64,000 nucleotides of DNA from Laetmonice hystrix. Lineage: Eukaryota. Both the position numbers and the translations under genes were made by a program. Below, one piece after another: positions 27,401 to 39,400 of this stretch (position 1 is its first letter; each line of letters starts with the position of its first letter). The stretch covers positions 19,282,001-19,346,000 of the forward strand of contig OZ249438.1 of assembly GCA_965235115.1 (NCBI GenBank), read 5' to 3'. The notes beneath the pieces are model-generated. The model saw only the letters and a program-made list of their open reading frames with translations, had not been told where the DNA came from and did no database searches.

Positions 27401-30400
27401 GTGGTTGTACTTATAAGATAAAGCTCATGCAGCGATATTGTAAAGAAACTGAATGTAAATTGTGATGACTACAAGTTGTCAGTCGTGAGCCCAGCCTAGA
27501 GTGTGTTTCAGCATGCTGGCCCTGCCCCAGCCATCCACGCGCTCCCTCCAACACATCTACCAAGTCCAGCTCGGCCGATTCTTCCAGGATGGTGACTTCA
27601 TGCCCGAGGTGAAGGAGAGTCTCTTCCCGCTGGTCTCCGCTTCCATAGCCATCTATTACTCTATGATCACCAGTATGAGACCCACACCAGCCAAGATGCA
27701 CTACTCCTTCAACATCAGGGATCTCTCACAGGTAGTGTACCACAGGGAAATCAGGTTTAGCTGTTCACTGCCCTGCATTCTTACATACTAAAACCCATCT
27801 GAGGATTGTGTGGGAAGCTAGACTACAACCTATAGACTCAGTCTGTTAGCGAGATGGCTGCAACAGGATATTTAAAGAATTTCAGTGAGATTTGAAAAGT
27901 AGCCCCATCAGGGTAATGTGGTGGTAATGGGTTAGGATCTATGTAAACAAAAAACATGTTGGAGGAGGACGTTGAGCAGTGAGAAAGCATGTTTCTACTG
28001 GGCAGGTTATCCGAGGCCTACTGCAGGCAGACGAGGGTGTCATTGTTAACCAGGACAACTGTGCGCAGTTGTTTGCGCATGAAGCGACACGCGTCTTCCA
28101 CGACCGACTGGTTGATGACACTGACAGGGCCCTCTTCTACCAGATGCTGTCAGACAACCTCCATGATTACTTCAAGGTGGGTGATCTGACCTTACCCAAC
28201 CCACAGTGGCTCCCCAGGGAATACTACCATCTTCTGATGGGTTTAGAATTTTAAGTAACATTTTTTAATGATGGTGAGGTAGTCTAGGTATCTTATGCTT
28301 GAAATAACTGTGTGGATACTGAAGTATTCTGCAGAATATGTTGGTGTGTGTATTTGTGTTCCCGACTCCTCCCCTCCACCTCATTTCCCATAAGTTTGTT
28401 TCTGAAAGACATTTTAATTTGATTTAATTCCTGAGAGTGCATTAATTATTTCCAAATGTGAGGAGTGGTGAAGAATAATTCCTGTTTTGCTTCCATATTC
28501 AGCGTTCTAGTGTAGGTCGTAACACGGTAGGTGTACAGGAACGTCGTTATTTTTTACTTCAGTCTCTCTCCTGGTAACACTTGCTTTCAAAGTGTTAGTC
28601 ATACATCTTCAGATCTCTTTATACTTACAAAGATTCTCATTTGATATCCAGAAATTCGCAATGCTTTACATGTTACCGAGACAGGCAAAAATACTTTGAC
28701 CACTAACATTTGTTTTTTTGTTTTTTTCAATGAAACGTTTTCTCTTCAGTTCATACAAACGACAGTGTCACAGTTTTCTCCCCATTTAAAAAGGAAAATC
28801 GTTGCAATTCCTTTGTTAACGTGTAGTCATCTCTTTACTCTTTAGGTTGTTGCAGATAATTAAAATCATGTCATTTTGTTGCGATACTTTTCCACATGTA
28901 GTAATGATTTTAATCTGTTCTGTTGCGGAATTTACCGGTATGTTAAATACTAAAACAATGATTAGGAACAGAACTTCTGAAGTATTGATTGAATACCGGT
29001 AGGTCCATTACATGTGTTTATAATTATGTGCCATTTAATTAGCAAAGTTAAAAAAGTTACACATTTAACCACACTAGTCACACTAGTTTTTGTCTGATTT
29101 TGTTATTTATTTCTTTTTCCATTTTGTTGTAGTTGAAGAAGCTTTTGTAATATAATACAAAATAAAGTGTAAAGGATGAACACGTCACATATAATTGCCC
29201 TGGCATCAAGCTGCCAATTATTAAACTAATTAGACCGGTGAATATAAACCAAGGCTGCAGGAGCAAAAATGATAAAATGAGCAAGGTTTAAAAAAACCTA
29301 TTACTTATTAGAAGGAAAAGTGCCACAACAAAATGGTGTCTGTAGTGTAGCAGTGAGTACGAATGTAAACGTGTACTGACACGTGGTAGAGGTAAACTAT
29401 CTGAACTAGTAATCTACTTGATTAGAACTCAATAACTTAGTTATAGGAATCACTCCCCAGACTTTGTTCATAGGCTCTCAATCATTACCATTGTACCATA
29501 CTTCAGCTCGACATCTGCGGTCTGCAGTAGTTCTAGATGGCAAGGATTTGTCTTGTAATATCAGATTAAAGTTGAAAAAATAGTTATGCTATAAACATTA
29601 GAAATAAATAAAAGTGTATTATGTGAAATGAATAGTGCGTGAAGGTTTTGCAGGTAAAATGCTCCGTATTTAATCTGTAACCCTCTGACCGTCCTGTGTG
29701 GTTGACTGCAGGTGGTCGATCCTAACTGACCTGCAAAATGTTCTGTGACTGAAGACATTGTGTATGTCTCATTACAGGCCAAGTGGTCAGCAGAGAAACT
29801 CATGTCCGAACCGCTGCTGTTTTGTGACTTCATGGACGCCAGTGGTACGATGACCCGCGTCTACCGGCCCGTCAATGACCGCACCAAATTAACTGCCACT
29901 CTGGAGGAGTTCTACATGAGGCAGAATCTCGGTAACACGCAGGTAATCATATTTGTTTTATTACTACAACCTTTGAACCAACATTTCAACTTTGTGGTGT
30001 CAATTACTGAATGTTAACAACTGTTACAACAGACAAGGAATACATACTAACCTACTCCTCCAGGCACCACAGCTGGTATTTTTCCGCGAGGCTGTGGAGC
30101 ACATCCTGCGTGTGGCCCGCGTCTTCCGGCAGCCAGGAGGTCATGTACTGATGGTTGGTCTGGACGGGACAGGCAAGTCGACCACCGTCCAGCTGGCCTG
30201 CTACATCACCAAGTGTGAGCTGTACAAACTGACCCTCACCCGGGGTTACAACATGGCCGACTTCCGTGAGGATCTGAAGAAGGTGTGCCGCATGGCAGGC
30301 GTCCAGGCCACCAACACCGTCTTCCTGCTCACCGACAGTGACATTGTCAAGGAGGACTTCCTCGAGGACATCAACTGTATCCTTAACTCGGGCGAGGTCC

Positions 30401-33400
30401 CTGATCTCTTTGACAAGGAAGAGATGGATGGTATCGCTATGGAACTCAAGGCAGCCGCTGCAGAGGCTCAGGTCTCGGACACGAGGATCGACGTCTACAA
30501 CTTCTTTATTAGGGTAGGACACAGGCCGGGGGGGGGGGGGGGGGGATATACTTGGTGACTTACTGCTGGAGGAAATGTTGTTGGTACCATAGAGGGCTCC
30601 AATGAACTGATTTATAGCAAACTAACATTTCTCTTCATTTATCCAATGAAAAACGTAAAAAGAAATTGGAAGTGTTCCTATCTTTCTGCTAGACCTCCAA
30701 TAGACCTCAATAGTTTGGGAGTCAGCATAATGTCACTGAAGTTCCCAAATGGCAGAATATACCTAATCAAATATCAAGGGCCCAATGTTGAACCCCGAGT
30801 TACTCCGAGAAGTAAAACTACCCTGGTTCTCGCTTACAGAGGGTGAAGAAATACCTGCACATTGTACTGACGATGAGTCCGGCAGGAAACAAGTTCCGTC
30901 ACCGATGCCGAATGAACCCATCACTTATCAACTGCTGCACCATTGACTGGTTCGATGAATGGGGACGGGAGGCGTCACTCAGTGTGGCTCGGGTATACTT
31001 CCAGAACGCTGACTTCATCTGTGAGCACGACCAGGACCTCCAGGTTAGAACTCCCATCTACGGGTCCTAGACTGGGGGAGGGTAAAGTGGTCAGGGGGTA
31101 AACTCGTCAAAATAGGCGCCTCTGTTGTAAAACACCCCTCCCCTCCTGCACAACGAGCTTAAACCTGTCCACCTAGTCCGTCACTGTACCCGACCCCATC
31201 CTGAACAGACAGGTTCCCACGGGGTAGGGGGTCGTGAGACTCATCAGATGGGGTTCCCGAGCCCAGAGTCCTTGAAATCAGTGAAAACCTTGCCTCCCCT
31301 ATACCAGACCTATACCTGCTGATACTGTGAATAGTATATGGAAACTGTGGTAAGGATCAGGCTGTATCATCATGTGTGGATAAAGCAGTTGTACGGTTGT
31401 TCCAGGCGATTGGCCACTGTCTTGAATTAGTCTGGAAATGGTCCTGATTTCTTGAGGCCTTGAATAGTACAGAACCCGGTTTAAAAAGAATTCTGAAGAA
31501 TTAAAGGGAGGTTTAAGGATAATAAAGATGTGACTATGACCTTCTCACAGGTCCTGAAGGGTGAAGTGGCCGAGGTATGTGTTGACATGCACGCCATGGT
31601 TGCCAAGGAAACGACCCGTTTCTGGGAGGAGATGCGGCGGAGATATTATATCACCCCGAGCTCTTACATGGAACTCATCAGGATATACTCAAGGATGCTG
31701 CACGAAAAAAAGACAGAGTTCATGAAAAACAGGTGAAAGAATTGAGGCGTTGGAGTGGGGTTGGGTGATGATGATGGGGCTTCATCTGGCAGTTAGAGTC
31801 TTAGCAAATCAGTCGGTGGTATAAATGGGAGGTCAATGTTGGCACCCCATGACTGATCATTGCGTGATTGTGTTACAGAGACCGTCTCCTAGTGGGACTG
31901 ATGCGACTCTCCGAGGCCAACTCTCTGGTTGGAACCATGCAGGAGGAGCTGGTGGCTCTCGGTCCTAAGATAGAGGAGAAGGCGAGGGTAGGGTATCTGA
32001 AACTGTCACTGTATTACGGCCACTGTATCACTGTATTAAGGTTCTGTAGTTGTCAGCATGGCGTATACTCAGTGTGACTGTATGTTGTCAGGATGTACCA
32101 CCGCTCCGAAATCACTGGTCTACACATTCTGCACCTGAGTGGCCTTCCGAAACGAAGGTTTCTCATTATATGGTGTAAGCGTTTTCGTTGTATCCGTATT
32201 TGTATATGTTGCAAGGATACGGACATGCTGCTGGCTCAGCTGGGGAAGGACCAGGAGGCAGTGGACCAGGTTCGGGAGATCGTGTCGGCCGAGGAGCAGG
32301 TCATGCAGCGGGAGACACAGATCGTACAGGACTATGCCGACGTGAGTAGGAGCCGTTTGTAGTGTTAGCTTGACATTGTGGATGCCTGTACAGATGTCAA
32401 AGACCTGATGTTACTATTACAGGAATGTCAGAGAGACCTTGCAGCAGTGCTACCCGTACTCCACATGGCCATCGACTCCCTGGATGCACTTGACAAGGCA
32501 GACATCTCAGAGATTAGGTACGACACGTGAGAAATGTCCAGAGACTGTGTTGTTTCTGTGCCAGATTCGAATGGAAGGTTTTGTAGTTGTCACCATGGCG
32601 TAGACTCAGTGTGACTGTATATGTTGTCAGGATGTACCAGCGACCCCCGGAGTTGGTGGTCACTGTCATGGCTGCCGTCAATGTCCTCCTCCAGGAGAAG
32701 TCGGACTGGGCCACGGCCAAACAGGTCCTCGCCGACCCACAGTTCCTCAAACGGCTCATTAACTTTGACAAGAATACCATCCCTGAGAAGGTAGGACCTA
32801 GAGGTCATTGACAGAACTGCTCACAGCGGTTGTGTCAGGTCTCTGGAATCATAGGCAAACATCCTAAATCTGGTGGAAAGTGATTGGGATTCTTTGGGTG
32901 GGGAAGGTCGTATAGACTTACCGAGTTCCCGGTCTGAAGCTTGCTGGTTTTTACATAACTATTCAATCCACAGGTATTCGTGAAGTTGAAGAAGTACTCC
33001 GGTCACCCAGACTTTACCCCAGAGAAGGTTGGGGTGGTGTCTGTGGCCTGTCGCTCCATGTGTCAGTGGGTGATCGCCCTTGAACACTACCACGAGGTCT
33101 ACAAGGTACGTACGTCAATACTGTCATGTACAGCCAAACACTCGACATGTTCAGGAAACTGTTGAAATAAAGTAGTCCATAAAATCAATAAAACAGAAAT
33201 CATGTCACATGATATACACTAGAGTGTGAGTAAGGTATGCTGCTAGATGTTAGCCCTGCTGATTCAACGCCAGTCTAAGGTGTTACAGCATGTGCAGCAG
33301 CTTGCTGACCTAGAATTCAGTCATGACTTCTCTGACGTAAAACATGTTTCTGTCAATAGATGGCTAAACCAAAGCAGCGGAGAGTGCAGGAGGCCAAGGA

Positions 33401-36400
33401 AGCTGTCAAACTGGCCCAGCACAAACTGGCTCAGAAACAGTCAAGTCTTGCCAAGGTCTGATAGAATGAATACTTATAACTGGGTTAGTTAAGGTCATAT
33501 GCTCCCTTACCTCATAACTTAATAACATAATGAGATTTATTGCTAGTCTTTTAGCCAATGGTCAGAAATTTTTCTTCTGCGGCTGCGCGGTGACCGCGCA
33601 GCCCCCTCCCACCTGATGACGTCACAACCCGGCCCATTTGAGCTGGCTAGCTAGTCACATTTTGTCTGACCACGGGTGTACCCACACGTGTTCGTCAGAC
33701 TATTGCGGAGTTATAGCCTTTGGTCAGGCTTGGGTTTACCTTTTTCGTTACACAGAAACTGTGAGTATTTAAACCCTTGGTTCTTCTTACGATTTTCGCT
33801 CGCCAGCTTTTCCTGTCCGGAGAGTGTGGTTTTACGAGCGGTTTGCATTGTTCGTTTGTTGCATTTACCGATTCGCCACGTAATGTGGTTTGGTCTCGGT
33901 GCTACCGGTCACCGCTTGGTCTCAGCCTTTTGACTGTTGACCGGCGGTTGACGAAGCTTCCATGAATTGAGTGACTGGTGTTTAATTTTGGTATGTTTTT
34001 ACCGTCACAGATGACCAGGTGTCAACATGAGTTGCTCTTATGGGACAACCATGACCGCTGCGTCAGGTGCCGGGAGTGTTCGTCTTTGGAGCCGTGCACG
34101 GCGCGTGGCTCTCCGTATTTTGAGTAAGCCGAGAAAACGACCACTGGCGGAGGACGACCGTCGGCGGTGTGAAGCGCTCGAGAGTTGGAGGCCAGACGGG
34201 GTCGCGGACCTCGGCTCTCCGTCTGAGTCGACGGCCGGGGCGGACTCGGTGACCGGGTCGTCAGTCCGGGGGGTCTCAGCCGGACCTGCCGTCGAGCTTA
34301 GGATGTGGTAGGACGACCTCCCCGGGGAAGTTGGCTTCGGGCGGCGAGGGGGCCGGTGTGGCTCAGGTCTCCTTTCGGCGAAGTGGAGACCTGGCTCGCT
34401 TTTACGATTGGTACGGGGTCGCACGCGGTTGACCATCCAAGTAGACGGGATTCCGTGATGCCTAACTTGACCCAGACGTCGAACTGTCCGCCAGACAGGC
34501 AGGGGCAGGACGGCGTCTCGTAACCTTTCGGAGATTGAGACAGGGTCGCACATGGTTGACCGTCCAAGTAGACGGGATTCCGTGATGCCCAACTTGACCC
34601 AGACGTCGGACTGTCCGCCAGACAGGCAGGGGCAGGACGGCGTCTTGTCCAATCTAGTGGCCAGGGAGGCTGATGACCCGATGTTCGGGATGTCGGTCTC
34701 CCAGCCGGTGAACTGTCAGCCCAAGAGGCAGGGGCAGGGATCCGGCTTACCTGACGGCGGAGTGAGACTAGGCCACAGTCAGGGCGGTAGCGTTGCCCCC
34801 GGGCTTGATTTCTTTAGAGATCTCGAGCCCGTCGGCGGGGCCCTTCAAAGCGCGGGGGCGTCGAGCGTCCGGCGTGACGAGCCTGTGCGTGACGGCGCTC
34901 GCCTTCAGTTCTCACGGGGGAGAACTACGACACCCTCGGCCACGATAACACGGGAGTCGGTTAGCCGGGACCCCTACCAGCGGCGTAGTAGGCCCTTTCA
35001 AGATGGGAGTGACTCGGTTGCTGATCTCTCCCCTCCCCGACTAGTTGCGGAGTCCGGCCCGGTTAGGTCTAGATCTCCTCTACGTCGTCACCAGCCGTGG
35101 GATGGAGACTCCGTGCAGGAGCTTCCCTTGAGCTTTGCGGAGTTGCGTAGCAAGGCATCCCGCCTCCTAGGAGAGCAGGTTTGCCCGCCTCGTCGGGATT
35201 CCCCCTGCTTAGCCATGCCAGCGGTGCCTGCCTTTCAGTTAGACTGGGGTTCGCCCCTGCCGGAGGTGGTGAATTTTCCGTATGGAGCCAGTAATACACA
35301 GATTTGGGACGTCCTCTCGGCTTGGCTTAAAGGAGTTCCCGGTAAGCCTTCCACGTCGGGCTTGCCATGCCCACCGGTGGGAGCCCTGGATTCGACCCCT
35401 AGTGGTATGGGGACCGGGAATTTCTTCAAGTTTGACACAGGAAAGACCCGGCCGAAGATTAAGTGGTTCCGTCCCCAGGACTTTTTGCTGCACTCGGGAC
35501 CTCCAGCCGCCGGTCCCTTGCTAGATGGGGATGCTGTGGCTCTCAACATTTCGGAGCCTTCCAATATATCGGTTTTTCGTAACCTCTTAAGAGGATTTGA
35601 CGATAGGGCACGAGCTACGACGGCCGCGGCGATTTCGGCCGAGTTTTTGTTAGATGCGGCCCAGAAATCTCTACGCGCTAGGTCCCTTGCGGATGTGGAG
35701 GTTTTCTGTCTTCGTCTGTGATCGAGCTACAGGTGCGAACTCAGGCAAATGTGATTTTGCTTCGGCGTGATGCGGCTTTAAAGTCTTCAGTCTTATCTGA
35801 AGCATCTCGCACTCTGTTACGCCAAACTCCCCTGCAGGCGGACTGGCTATTCGCGGGTCAGTTGGCAGAGGCTGCGACGCGCGAGAAGGTGGCTCGGGAA
35901 TTATGTCGCAGTCTTGAACCCCCAGCGGCTCTTTCTCGTTATGATCGCCAAGTTCTACGCCGGCCGTTGCAGCCCTTTCGGCCGGTCTACCCCCAGAGTG
36001 GGCCGACTCTTACACCGACGGAGTCTAGGTTCCGGGGGCGGGGACGGGGGCCCAGTCGGGGCCATCCCCAGTCACGGGGCCGGTGGCGCGGCCGTCCTTA
36101 GTGGCGCTCCCTCTCCAGGAGGTGGGGGGCGACGGGGGGGGGGGGCGACGGGGGATTCTTTCCTCTCGCCTCCCTTCTGTCGTCTCCCCTGCTCTCTCGG
36201 CCCGTGGGTCTGCTCCTTCGGCAGGCCCACGACGTGAGGGCGCGCGTTTTGGGTTGTTGCGATGTGTGGACCCTTTGCGTCCTCAGGGACGGTCTACGCA
36301 TCGAGTTTGCGACCGTTCCGCCGCGTCTGTCGCCGGTAGTGAGGCCGTTCAGGCTGCCGCCTGGTTTAGTGCAACGCCGTGCGTTGCTGACGGAGGTCCG

Positions 36401-39400
36401 GTTCCTTCTAGACAAGGCGGCTGTGGTTCGAGTAGCGCCAGGGCAAGTAGCGCCGGGGTTCTTCTCCCCGATGTTTCTGGTGAGCAAGGCGTCGGGCGGC
36501 CTTCGTCCGGTCTTCAACCTGAAAGCTCTGAACACTTACCTCTACCGGGAAAAGTTTCAAATGGAGACGGTAGAGGGAGTGTCACATAGCTTGAGAGTGG
36601 GGGACTGGGCGGTGACCTTGGACTTCGAGGATGCATACCTTCATGTCCCCATCTTTCGCCCTCATCAACGGCACCACGGGTGTTCACGAAACTGGCGGCG
36701 CAGGTCGGACACTGGGCCCGGCAGAGAGGAATGCTCCTTCACCTGTACCTGGCCGACTGGTTGTTACGCAATCTAGATCGGAAGCTGTGGTGCGACCAGG
36801 CGGACGGGTTGCTCCGTACCTTGGCGGAGCTGGGGTGGAGGCTCAACCTTCCAAAGTGTTCCCTTCGACCGTCCCAACAGTTCGTTTATCTGGGATTCCG
36901 TTGGGACACGCTTTTGGGCCGAGTGTTTCTCACCGCCAGATGGCAGGAGAAACTGTGGGCTATTCTCCCGCGGTTTCTCAGTTTTACGGACGGCTTCGGC
37001 CCGTTTGTGGCTCCAGGTGTTGGGTTTGCTCAACTTGGGGTCACGGGCGGTGCCGTTGGGCAGGCTGCACCTTCGTCCGATGCAGTTCGCTTTGCTGAGT
37101 CAGTGGCAACCGTTCAGAGATCCACTGGAAGCGCGTGTCTCGTTACCACCGAATCTAGGACTTTGGATCCGGTGGTGGACGGGACGGGAGGCTCTCACGG
37201 AGGGCCGGCTGTTTGGACAGAGGGTGCCGACTGTCCATATGTTCACCGACGCGTCGTTGACGGGCTGGGGGGCCCATCTTCTAGACTGGGAGGCCCAGGG
37301 CACGTGGTCCCCAGAAGAGTTGGGGTATCACGTGAACGTCCTGGAACTGCTGGCCATTTTCAGGGGCCTGCAGCAGTTCACGGAACAGGTGACGGGGTCC
37401 GTACTGTTAATTCTTTCAGACAGTGCGGTGGCGTTGGCTTACCTTCGCAAGGAGGGGGGCACGCGTTCGGCTCGTCTGTTCCGGCTGACGTGGGACATCC
37501 TGTGGTGGTGTCGCAACCACGAGGTGGACTTACAGCTAACCCACGTCCAAGAGAAGTCCAACCAATGGGCGGATTCGCTCTCGCGGGGGGCAAACTGCCA
37601 CCGTCGGACTGGTCTCTAAGGAGAGACGTAGTCCGGGGGATTTTTCAGGTTTCAGGGGAGCCACAGGTGGATCTGTTTGCCACTCGGGCCATTCATCAGC
37701 TCCCCCTTTACGTGAGCCCCTTTCCGGATCCGTGCGCCATTGCTGTAGACGCACTGTCGATCCCTTGCTACGGAGAGTGTTAGCAAAGATCAGATCGGAG
37801 AAGGCCACCCTGATTCTCGTGGCCCCTGGTGGACATCACATCCGTGGTTCCCCGATATAGGGGAGCTCCTACTGGATCGTCCCAGGGAGCTACCGGTTTC
37901 GGCGGACTTGCTGGAACAGAGGGGACAGTTTCACCCCGCCCCAGGACTGTACAGACTTCACGCATTTCTGTTGTCCGGGCACGATGCGAAGATCAGGGAT
38001 TCTCTGGCCCCGTGGCAGAATTTATCTCCCTCAAGCATCGACGGTCGACCCGTTCCGTCTATCAGTCCCGATGGGCAGCCTTTGTCGCATGGGCTGAGGG
38101 CCGAAGGGTTGATGTCTCCGCTCCCTCTGTTTCGTCAGTACTTTCTACTGGCCCAGTTTGACCGCGGACTGTCAGTATCGGCGGTCCGGGGGTATCGATC
38201 AGCTATTGCATCGACGGTGTCGGACTCGGAAGGTCAGTCCTTGTTCGTCTCGCCGGAGTTGAGTGCGCTCCTGCGGAGTTTTTTTTTCCCTGCAAAGGCC
38301 GGTGGGGGCCAACAGGGCGCCTCTGTGGAATCTGGCTTTGGTTCTGGATTCCCTAACTCAGCCTCCCTTCGAGCCGCTAGGGTCGGTGGACCTTATACAC
38401 CTGACGTGGAAGGTGTTGTTCCTGGTGGCTCTAGCGTTGGGACGGAGGCGGTCTGAGTTGCATGCATTCGGCGGGGCAGCTGAATACGTGCGGTTTGGCG
38501 GCGGTATTCGGGGGTAATGCCTTAGTTCTTACCGCAGTTCATTCCTAAGAATCAGGATCCGGCGATTCCTACCCTGGCGGGTTCCTTTCCGGCTTTGTCC
38601 CCTGAGGTGGGACAACATGATGCTGAGCGGCTCCTTTGTCCTGTGAGAGCTCTCAGATTCTACCTGACTAGGACAGCAGATCGGCGAGCGTTGTCAGAAC
38701 GGTTATTTGTCTCTGATGATGACCGGGTTCGTAGAGACTTTGCGCCAGCTTCTCTGTCCCGCTGGCGATGCGAGACGGTAAGGCAAGCTTATGACACCGC
38801 CTCGCCAGATCAGTTGGCTGTATGCCAGGTGAGGGCGCACGAGGTAAGGACGTTGTCAGCTTCTTGGGCTCATTTTAACGGGGTAAGTGTTGGGGACATC
38901 ATGAAGGCTGCTTACTGGCGGGCGGAGTCTACGTTCACTAAGTACTACCTCCGCCAGATGTGTGGTCAACGTCTTGAGCTGTACAGTCTGGGGCCGGTGG
39001 TGGCGGCTCAGACAGTGGTATCCGGGACGCGGTAGGCGTCTACCGGGGGGAGGGGGGAGGGGGGGGGGGAGTGCGAGTGGGATCAGAAAAGCGGAACACT
39101 CGAGGGGGAGATGTAGGACGGTGGATCGGGAAGTCCGGGGAAATAGGAACTATTCCGGACAACAGGATCCCCTTACAATAAAGAAATTTTAGGTAAATTG
39201 TTTTACCTCCTCCCATGCTTAGCACTCGTATCTCATTATGTTATTAAGTTATGAGGTAAGGGAGCGTATGACCTTAACCAATACAGTTTTAGGGATAAAC
39301 TGTTTGTTAAGGAATACGCGTACTTACCTCATAACAGTACAACCCTCCCTCCGTCCCCCCATTCTCTATTGGGGGTCAGACAAAAATGTGACTAGCTAGC

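Noticed and set aside
30052-30522. Long minus-strand ORFs overlapping dynein exons (also 22198-22677, 23469-24129, 27411-27701)
   Set aside because: Antisense shadows of GC-rich coding exons with no recognisable motifs.
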